From IMG/VR virus record IMGVR_UViG_3300042988_000374, positions 128,001 through 149,889 of that record: DNA of 21,889 bases. The stretch is one strand, 5' to 3'. This document shows, one piece after another, positions 15,496-21,889 of the stretch. The translations under genes and the position numbers were made by a program. Position 1 is the first letter of the stretch; the number at the start of each line of letters is the position of its first letter. A model generated the notes under the pieces. The model saw only the letters and a program-made list of their open reading frames with translations, was not told the origin of the DNA and searched no databases. The stretch comes from a virus (taxonomy: Duplodnaviria > Heunggongvirae > Uroviricota > Caudoviricetes).

Positions 15496-15765
15496 CTAGG
15501 ACATTAGGGTTGCGAGTGTGATCCACTCTTGGAGATTGGCGATTGCTTCGTTGATTTGGCGGGCTCCATCTTTGCAGGCTATCTGGTAGCTGCCGCGATT
15601 ACCATGTTGACGTGCTAGTACTTCTGCTGATGACAGTTTATTTACCATGTGGGTGATATTGTACACCATTTTTCGCAGGTCGGCGTTGTATGGTAGTCTG
15701 TTCAGGTCTAGCATGATACGGTCGTGAAGGTCGGCCCAATCTAAACTAGTGGTAAGTGGCGTCAT
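15496..15765 (-). CDS. Hypothetical helical phage protein
   Basis: ATGA-coupled to the upstream small ORF; ends in TAG. Confidence 0.75.
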   Translation of the reverse strand: MTPLTTSLDWADLHDRIMLDLNRLPYNADLRKMVYNITHMVNKLSSAEVLARQHGNRGSYQIACKDGARQINEAIANLQEWITLATLMS

Positions 15766-15938
15766 CTTGGTGTGTTTCGTTGTCGTGGTTGCGGCTTATT
15801 GTACTCGTATCCGTAGGTTTTGTAAAGATATTCCACGAATTTTAACACTTCATCTTCCTGGAAGTCAGTGTGTAATCTATCTTCGTTATAGACTGTTGCT
15901 GCCTGTTGTACTCGTTCTAACCATTCTTTATCGTTCAT
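15762..15938 (-). CDS. Small hypothetical protein (58 aa), below the ORF-track cut-off
   Basis: MNDKEWLERVQQAATVYNEDRLHTDFQEDEVLKFVEYLYKTYGYEYNKPQPRQRNTPR*. GGAG SD; TAAATA at 15957-15962; ATGA overlap with the next gene. Confidence 0.75.
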   Translation of the reverse strand: MNDKEWLERVQQAATVYNEDRLHTDFQEDEVLKFVEYLYKTYGYEYNKPQPRQRNTPR

Positions 15939-15967
15939 TGTAATTCTCCATGAGATTATTTAGACAC

Positions 15968-15995
15968 AAACAAATAAGCCCACCGTAAAGTGGGC
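15968..15995 (-). terminator. Intrinsic terminator ending the tail-fibre block
   Basis: Minus strand GCCCAC-TTTACG-GTGGGC followed by TTATTTGTTT. Confidence 0.75.
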
Positions 15996-16021
15996 CCTAT
16001 TGTAGTTGAGTAATTGTGATG

Positions 16022-16180
16022 TTACTCGTCCGCTGGTAGAGGGTAGTTGCCTTCTGCTAGCCACTTGAGGTACTCTTGGTAGTCCGTGTTGGCTGGGTCG
16101 AATGGGATGAAGGCGTTGTCCGATAGTCGCTTAACTTGATCAGACTGTTCACCTGAATATTTCTTAATCTCTTGATACAT
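16022..16180 (-). CDS. Small tail-fibre-associated (chaperone-like) protein, 52 aa
   Basis: AFIPFDPANTDYQEYLKWLAEGN.P.PAD motif, commonly found after phage fibre genes. Start moved to ATG 16180, 2 nt after the upstream stop. Confidence 0.75.
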   Translation of the reverse strand: MYQEIKKYSGEQSDQVKRLSDNAFIPFDPANTDYQEYLKWLAEGNYPLPADE

Positions 16181-16182
16181 AA

Positions 16183-17274
16183 TTATAGCTCCGCTGCTGA
16201 ATAGAATGATGCTGAACCAGAAACGCCTGTCCAACCAGTACGAAGGGCATTAGGAGTTGGACTAAATGAGGCAGTTGATAAATTGACACCAAAGGCATCA
16301 ACAGTTGCGCCAAAACCTATACCAACTGTTCCAGTTTTACCCGACGTTGTAAAACCGGCCTGGGCTAGTCCCCATTGCGCGGTGTAATTAGCATCAGTAA
16401 TATTTGTAGTTACTGTCGGGGTTGCGCGTTTTGTGACTTTATATGAGAATCCAATCATAATGTAATTACCACTAACAGATACTGGCGTCATTTCGGATGA
16501 TGGATTGGTCACTTCGTAATACCGCTGACATAATGCCAACTCCAGACCATACGGACGGCACTCGAACGGTGTTGCTGTTGAACCTGCTTCTATTTGTACA
16601 CCGGTGATATAGAATTTAGCGCCGTTAGTCGCTGATACTGACACTGCGCCTGTAACGAACAAGGTACTACCCCATGTGTTAGCAGTACCTTGTTGATTGG
16701 TTCCGGAACCTAAGTTAAATGCTAAGCATAACCCACGCTCGTCGGTCCAAGTGCCGCCGGTGTCACCAGGAACAGTTACAGAAACATACTGCCATGTGTT
16801 AGCGGTCGGCACTGAATAAGTGAATCCATAATTTCTACCGAATCCGCCTGCGCCAAGTGCTGCTGAGTGTGTTCCAGTAACACTAGTGTATACCCAGAAT
16901 GACACAGTGACAGTTTTAGCATATGCGGTTGCCCATGCTAAGTCAGTCATATTAGTGCGTTCGATAATTTGTGTTAGGAATTGAAGGTCACCTGCAGCTG
17001 GCGTAGTAGCAGCTAGTGATGTTAGTCCTAGATAATTAGTGAATCCAGTTGGTGGCGTAACGCTGCCTGCATTTTGCTGATAGCTGAACTGGCTAGCCTT
17101 TGCGTAAACTGCCCAACGATCAAGAGTATAATAGTAAGTTGACCCACTAGCGATGGTTTTACTAGCAGCACTAGTACGCTGGTCAATGCGCATATCGCCG
17201 TTGATAATCTTATTTCGGAATGATGTTCCGCCCACTGATCCTAGTTGGGCTACCGATACTGCACGTGTTGTCAT
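16183..17274 (-). CDS. Tail fibre / receptor-binding protein with carbohydrate-binding-like jelly-roll domain
   Basis: FRNKIINGDMRIDQR...TLDRW...ITGVQIEAGSTATPFECRPYGLELALCQRYY...KRATPT signature of phage fibre proteins. Confidence 0.8.
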   Translation of the reverse strand: MTTRAVSVAQLGSVGGTSFRNKIINGDMRIDQRTSAASKTIASGSTYYYTLDRWAVYAKASQFSYQQNAGSVTPPTGFTNYLGLTSLAATTPAAGDLQFLTQIIERTNMTDLAWATAYAKTVTVSFWVYTSVTGTHSAALGAGGFGRNYGFTYSVPTANTWQYVSVTVPGDTGGTWTDERGLCLAFNLGSGTNQQGTANTWGSTLFVTGAVSVSATNGAKFYITGVQIEAGSTATPFECRPYGLELALCQRYYEVTNPSSEMTPVSVSGNYIMIGFSYKVTKRATPTVTTNITDANYTAQWGLAQAGFTTSGKTGTVGIGFGATVDAFGVNLSTASFSPTPNALRTGWTGVSGSASFYSAAEL

Positions 17275-17711
17275 TATTGTTGTTCCTTAGTTGGCCATTG
17301 GAAATTAACCTGAGCTAATTCTTCTACTGTAGTAGTTTCTGCGATTGCTGCTTCATTAGTCGCACAAGCAGTTCTAATAGCTAGACGTTCTGCTACTATC
17401 TCTGATGGTACGTCGGTACCAAATTCAGAGGCGCGAGTAACGTACCAGTCAGATTGTTGGAGTAGAGTGAACGCGGTTTGTTTGACTTGTGCGGTGAATT
17501 GGACTTTAAGCTCATCTAAGTCTCGTGGTAAATTAAGGTCACCGTTCCAGTAGAATCGGTCATCTGCTCTAACTGGGTCAGCTTCTTCTGTGATGCCGAT
17601 TGCTAGTTTGTCTTGTGGTGATGCTAGACGTAACCAGTTAGCTGGATACTGGATTTCGTTGTGGGTAAACGGTTGGTCTAGCGGTATTGTTCTATTGTCG
17701 AGTTTAAACAT
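17274..17711 (-). CDS. Tail-fibre assembly chaperone-like protein; paralogue of 21438-21869
   Basis: IQYPANWLRLAS...IGITE, DDRFYW, LLQQSDWYVTR and WPTK; follows a fibre gene. Confidence 0.72.
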   Translation of the reverse strand: MFKLDNRTIPLDQPFTHNEIQYPANWLRLASPQDKLAIGITEEADPVRADDRFYWNGDLNLPRDLDELKVQFTAQVKQTAFTLLQQSDWYVTRASEFGTDVPSEIVAERLAIRTACATNEAAIAETTTVEELAQVNFQWPTKEQQ

Positions 17712-17727
17712 TTGTTTGTCCTTGATG

Positions 17728-17733
17728 TATTTA
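17728..17733 (-). promoter_or_regulatory. Late-type promoter TAAATA
   Basis: CATAAATA-CATC-AAGGA-CAAACAA-ATG(17711) within a 27-bp gap. Confidence 0.65.
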
Positions 17734-17738
17734 TGCTA

Positions 17739-20666
17739 TTAACGAGCTAGACTGTACTTGAATGGGTGCTCTGCGAAGGCGGCGTAGATGTAGACATTGC
17801 TGCTGTCGTTACTGTCTGTGCCAGTTCCACGAATCTTAAATCCACTTGCTGTGAGGTCTATATCAAAGCCGCTTGTGTTTTCGGCGGGTAAATCATTAGC
17901 CCTAAGAGAGTTTACAGATAAGTTGTATGGGCTTCTTGCTGTATCAACCAATCGCCATTGAGAAGCAGCACTGGAGTTCTTAATCATCACATACCGAGGC
18001 CTAAACCCAAGATACACAAACGGCCCATCAGTCAACCCGTTACCAGTGTATGAGCCGAACTTGGAGAAGCCAGCGACTTCTGCGAAGCAGTAGGCTACAT
18101 AAGTGCCACCACTTTCGTTTGTATAAATGCTATTTCCGACTGTAAATACAGATGATGTTGGAGATGTGTTATTCCAAATTCCAGAATCAACAGAAGCCGC
18201 ATCTGTCTGGTTGAGAACAAGCCACTTTGTATTACCAAGCGATTGGTGATAAACAGCCCAAGCTCTAGCTGTGCCGCCTGTGCGCTTCTTGACGATCATC
18301 ATTGCTGGAGCAACACCAAGAGAATGAGCAAATGTCGTTGCGCTACCAGTAGCCGTATAGGTCACGATATCAAAGCCTGGAGTGGCGCCTTTCTTCCATT
18401 GCCAGGCAGCATAGGCATCAGTGCTTCCCACGTTGCCTGTAAAGCCGTTCGATACAAAGCCGTTTACACCGCCAGACCCAAACTCTGCGTTTGTCAGATT
18501 AGATGCCAATGCTGTGCCAGCACCGACTATACTGTTGAACAACTGGTGATTTCCAGATGCTGTTCTATCTTTAATCCAAACTAAGTCTGGCTGAAAACTT
18601 CCACCGTTTGTCACCGTTTGATTTGAGTTAGTTCCTGTGAAGGCAGTAGCATCAAAATACTTGTTGCCCTGTTTGATAGTAGGTTCAGGCAAGTTCTGCG
18701 TGTTCAGCGCCTTGAAGCCTGTGGGTGGGGTGTATGCGAAGGGGCGTTGACCGAAGTTGACATGAGCAGACATCCAGTAGCCAGCGTAAGCATAGAAGCT
18801 CAACGTGGTGTCGATGCCAGTGAACGCTGTGCCTTGTGAGGTGTTGTCCTTGTAGAACGTCAGTGTCCCGCTATCCATGTCCAGCGCCACGCCAATGACA
18901 ACACCGTTGCCATAGGTTGCTCCGTAGGCTGTGAACACAGCAGAAGTACCAAGGCCACCAAGCACCTTGTTGCCGTTGGCAAGATAGCCATACACCTTGC
19001 CCGTGGTTGAGTAGTGTCCATCTCCACCAGACGGGCCGTGTGCTGATACTGTGTCCATGATGCCGAAGCCGCCGCGAGACGCTGCTGCTGTTGGCACAGT
19101 GACAGTCGTCCACTCCCAGTACCACTTGCCTGAGTTTGGCACTGTCATTGTGCTGAGAACGGTGGAGTTGTTTACGCCTTCCGAGCCTTGAGCAGTAGTT
19201 GTCAGGTTGCCATTCGACACCGAGATGTTTGCAGTAGCGCCAGACTGAGATGTACCTAGCTTCCCGTTCAGCGGGTTGATGACGGGGTAATTCCCACGCC
19301 CATTCCCGCCATCAGCGTAAGGCGTAGGTGTATCCAGCATGGAGTCGTATGTATTGCCGTTAGTTAGAGAAATATTATTAACGACCCAATTGTTATAACC
19401 TGTACCGGTATCTGTGCCAATTTGTAGCGTAGATGATATAGCAGTGCCGTTAGTAGAGTAATAAGGACCAACCGAGCTATTTACTTCCATCTGAGTGCCC
19501 CATAAGTACACACCAGAAGCACCGTCGCCAGTATACGATGTAGCACCAGCAGTAGCACTTGACATCATATACACGCTACCACCGCAACCTGCATTGCCTA
19601 CACCACTGAGTGTTACTGAGCAGCGATACCAACCATTTCCAACTGAAGTCACAATAGCAGTAGCATCAGAACCCGTGATCACTGTGCCAGTTGATAAATC
19701 AGCGTAGCAGTACTTAGCAGTAGTACCGTTCCATATTTCAAGGGCTACTGCCGAGCGGCCAGCAGCCTTTACGTAGATAGAGTATGTGTATGCGGAGCCG
19801 TTCGTGAATGTTAAGTTATTGAAGTACCAACGATGTGTGTTACTAGCTGTAGTATCTTCTGTTAGTTTACTTGCCGTAGTACTACCGTTGGGAGCAGTGG
19901 TAGTATTTGCCGTGATTGTAGCGCGTTCTTTGTTATACATCGCATTAGTGTAATCTTGGCTATATAATACTAAGTTACCACTAGTTTGCGTGGTGTTATT
20001 TTTGAACGGTAGGAAGAAACCGTTATTACCGTATGTGCCGGTATATTTCTTTGCTTTCCATACTCCAGTGATGCTATCGGTTTCGCCGAATGAACTTGCG
20101 GTTAATGCTTGACCGTCGATGAAGTTGACTTCTGTGAGGTAGCCGTCGAAATAACTGTAACTCGCAGTCAAGTTACCGCTGATGATGTGAGCGTATGCTT
20201 GATTGATCGCATAGTCCGTGTTCAACGTTGGATCATTACTTGTTGAAAATGACGTAAGCTGAACACCGTTCACAAAGAGTTTTACTCGGTTTGCTCCCGT
20301 TGCTTGAGTGCTGTCAAATGCGAGAACGATGTGATACCAAGCAGATGGGTCACGGAAAACTGCCGACGACATACGCCAAACCGTGTTGTACCCCGTAAAC
20401 AGCAGTGCGTCAGTTGTCTGAAAACAAAGCGTATTCCATGTGGTATCAGCCGTTCCGTTCCCGCAAGAAAAAAGAAGTTGATTGGTAGATCCTCCAAGTG
20501 ATCCTCGCTTAACCCAACCGCTCCATGTCCAAGTTTTACGATTACCCGCAACAGCGGGTGTTCGGTTTAAATACGCAGACGCACTTGAGCGCAGACGCAC
20601 AGAACGCTCGATCTGGTAATCTCCACCAGCTGCCGCCATCAATGGAATTAAGTTATTAAAGCTCAT
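17739..20666 (-). CDS. Multi-domain virion/tail-fibre protein: concanavalin A/LamG-like domain, inserted CBM-like domain, SPRY/B30.2-like domain and C-terminal repeats
   Basis: WTWSGWVKRG...FRDPSAWYHIVLAFD...LFVNGV...FIDGQAL (LamG-like); SGKWYWE...IGVALDMDSGTLTFYKD...NFGQRPF..PPTGFKAL (SPRY); FQPDLVWIKDR, HSLGVAPAMMIVK and LGFRPRYVMIK repeats. Confidence 0.85.
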   Translation of the reverse strand: MSFNNLIPLMAAAGGDYQIERSVRLRSSASAYLNRTPAVAGNRKTWTWSGWVKRGSLGGSTNQLLFSCGNGTADTTWNTLCFQTTDALLFTGYNTVWRMSSAVFRDPSAWYHIVLAFDSTQATGANRVKLFVNGVQLTSFSTSNDPTLNTDYAINQAYAHIISGNLTASYSYFDGYLTEVNFIDGQALTASSFGETDSITGVWKAKKYTGTYGNNGFFLPFKNNTTQTSGNLVLYSQDYTNAMYNKERATITANTTTAPNGSTTASKLTEDTTASNTHRWYFNNLTFTNGSAYTYSIYVKAAGRSAVALEIWNGTTAKYCYADLSTGTVITGSDATAIVTSVGNGWYRCSVTLSGVGNAGCGGSVYMMSSATAGATSYTGDGASGVYLWGTQMEVNSSVGPYYSTNGTAISSTLQIGTDTGTGYNNWVVNNISLTNGNTYDSMLDTPTPYADGGNGRGNYPVINPLNGKLGTSQSGATANISVSNGNLTTTAQGSEGVNNSTVLSTMTVPNSGKWYWEWTTVTVPTAAASRGGFGIMDTVSAHGPSGGDGHYSTTGKVYGYLANGNKVLGGLGTSAVFTAYGATYGNGVVIGVALDMDSGTLTFYKDNTSQGTAFTGIDTTLSFYAYAGYWMSAHVNFGQRPFAYTPPTGFKALNTQNLPEPTIKQGNKYFDATAFTGTNSNQTVTNGGSFQPDLVWIKDRTASGNHQLFNSIVGAGTALASNLTNAEFGSGGVNGFVSNGFTGNVGSTDAYAAWQWKKGATPGFDIVTYTATGSATTFAHSLGVAPAMMIVKKRTGGTARAWAVYHQSLGNTKWLVLNQTDAASVDSGIWNNTSPTSSVFTVGNSIYTNESGGTYVAYCFAEVAGFSKFGSYTGNGLTDGPFVYLGFRPRYVMIKNSSAASQWRLVDTARSPYNLSVNSLRANDLPAENTSGFDIDLTASGFKIRGTGTDSNDSSNVYIYAAFAEHPFKYSLAR

Positions 20667-20667
20667 C

Positions 20668-21429
20668 TTATTTTGTGTCCGAGATCATTCTTGCGGTGAT
20701 TCGTGTAGCGCTCTCTACATAGTAAGCTAGTACATCAACTGCGCCAGCGGTTGTTGTTAATGATGGAGCAGTACCGCTGGCAAACTTCCAGTTACCGCCA
20801 TATGCTAATGTTCTACTACCTGTACCGTCTTGAGTAATGACAATAGCACCACTTTGACCAGCAGTCAAGTTAGTTGGGTTAGCTAATGTAGCATTAGTAT
20901 CTAAAGTCAAGTTAAAGTAGTTACCCAAACTAAAGTCTGGAGTAATTGTACTAGCACTAGTTAGAGTTACTGGAGTGCCAACCGCTGCTCGATTGAATAC
21001 AGCACTACCATTAAAGGTAGCATTTGCTGCGCTGTTATAAGTAACCGGTCCAGTGAATGTTCCGCCGGCTAATGGCATATCGCTACTATCAGTCACAGTA
21101 GTAATCTTGTATGATTCTACCATGATACTATCACCGGCAGCTGCCGCATCTGTTAACACAATAGTGCTACCACTAGTAGCAGTATAGTCACTAGAAGTTA
21201 ATCTGACACCGTTGCGATACACGTCTACGTAACCTACTGTATATGATAGTCCAGTAAATGTAGTCTGACCACTAGTAGCAGTGAAGTTAGTAGTAGTTCT
21301 GTAGTTGTATGGTTGAGTAGTTACTGCTGACCATTTGTCACTAGCAGAGTTGTACGTATACGTAATACTGCCTACTGTTGCGGTAGCGCCGTTTGCGGCA
21401 TTTGTTGGAAATAAAGCTGATAATGACAT
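20668..21429 (-). CDS. Short tail-fibre/adapter protein
   Basis: N-terminal FP...YTYNS...W motif; FTATSGQTTF...VDVYRNGVRL..DYTATSG repeat unit; LAGGTFTG; C-terminal TPDFSLGNYFNLTL...QDGTGSRTL domain. Confidence 0.75.
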   Translation of the reverse strand: MSLSALFPTNAANGATATVGSITYTYNSASDKWSAVTTQPYNYRTTTNFTATSGQTTFTGLSYTVGYVDVYRNGVRLTSSDYTATSGSTIVLTDAAAAGDSIMVESYKITTVTDSSDMPLAGGTFTGPVTYNSAANATFNGSAVFNRAAVGTPVTLTSASTITPDFSLGNYFNLTLDTNATLANPTNLTAGQSGAIVITQDGTGSRTLAYGGNWKFASGTAPSLTTTAGAVDVLAYYVESATRITARMISDTK

Positions 21430-21437
21430 TTGATTCC

Positions 21438-21869
21438 TTATTTAGTTGGCCAATTTTGATTGGAGACCGCGGTGATTAGTTGTTCTACCGTATCTGCTCC
21501 TAAGATCAGTGCTTCTAGTTTGGCCGCCTCTTTGATAACAGCGTCACGATAAACTTTAGTCTCGATTGGCACTTCGATATCTCGTTCTACTTGTCTGATA
21601 ATCATCCAATCAGATTGTTGGAGTAACTTGTTAGTAGTGTCTTTGATTTGAGAGGTGAATTGAACTTGAAGTTGGAGCAAGTCCTTTGGATGATTGGGTC
21701 CCCAGTAGAAACGGTCATCGTAGTGTTCTGGGTCTGCTACTTCAACGATGCCAGCAGCCGCGCGTTGTTCTGGCGTAGCGTGTCTGATCCAGCCGGCTGG
21801 GCGCTGAATACCATTGATGTCAGTGAACTGAGCGTCTGGTTGTATTGGTAATGATTTGATAGTGAACAT
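21438..21869 (-). CDS. Tail-fibre assembly chaperone-like protein; paralogue of 17274-17711
   Basis: IQRPAGWIR, YDDRFYW, LLQQSDWMIIR and WPTK. A TAAATA (21439-21444) overlaps its stop, upstream of the next gene. Confidence 0.72.
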   Translation of the reverse strand: MFTIKSLPIQPDAQFTDINGIQRPAGWIRHATPEQRAAAGIVEVADPEHYDDRFYWGPNHPKDLLQLQVQFTSQIKDTTNKLLQQSDWMIIRQVERDIEVPIETKVYRDAVIKEAAKLEALILGADTVEQLITAVSNQNWPTK

Positions 21870-21889
21870 TGTTTAGTCTCTGTAGTATT

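Noticed and set aside
8514-16234. Longer N-termini given by the ORF track (8582, 11185, 13963, 15526, 16234; also 5916)
   Set aside because: Most overlap upstream genes or promoters; the downstream ATGs have an SD or translational coupling.
146-21851. The many short plus-strand ORFs and nested minus-strand ORFs in the track (e.g. 146-415, 674-943, 9082-9402, 18243-18584, 18871-19125, 20282-20551)
   Set aside because: They are antisense or out-of-frame shadows of longer, motif-bearing genes and show no recognisable motifs.
1-21889. Stop-codon reassignment, CRISPR array or tRNA genes
   Set aside because: Genes tile densely under the standard code and end in TAA, TGA or TAG. No regularly spaced repeats or cloverleaf-like sequences were seen, and intergenic gaps are short.
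21870-21889. Possible late promoter at the right edge (AATAC... upstream of ATG 21869)
   Set aside because: The motif would be cut by the window boundary, so it cannot be confirmed.

Overview
This window comes from a large lytic tailed phage (T4-type/jumbo-like myovirus) that probably infects a Gram-negative host, since it encodes two-component spanins. Nearly all genes are on the minus strand. In transcription order, from the right end: (i) 16022-21869, tail-fibre/receptor-binding genes alternating with chaperone-like genes and ending at a terminator; (ii) 9441-15938, an early/middle block of small hypothetical genes, several with their own sigma70-type promoter, plus a MoxR-like AAA+ ATPase, a DUF2201-type metallopeptidase-VWA protein and thymidylate synthase; (iii) 3090-9437, a late lysis region (i-spanin, o-spanin, GH19 endolysin, a single-TM protein, an inverted secreted DNA/RNA nuclease); (iv) <1-3087, a >1029-aa Ig-like (He_PIG) repeat virion protein that is missing from the ORF track. 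The strongest novelty candidate lies inside the lysis region. Five genes share an N-terminal M-[KRN]-[IL]-x-E-[IVL] leader resembling the T4 capsid-targeting sequence. One of them is an apparent polyprotein punctuated by about 10 prohead-protease-like sites. Three carry copies of an unrecognised ~120-aa domain, and one of those copies sits between diverged 121-bp direct repeats that duplicate the end of the o-spanin gene. I read this as an exchangeable head-cargo system; that is an inference from motifs only. No tRNA, rRNA, CRISPR array or transposase was seen.
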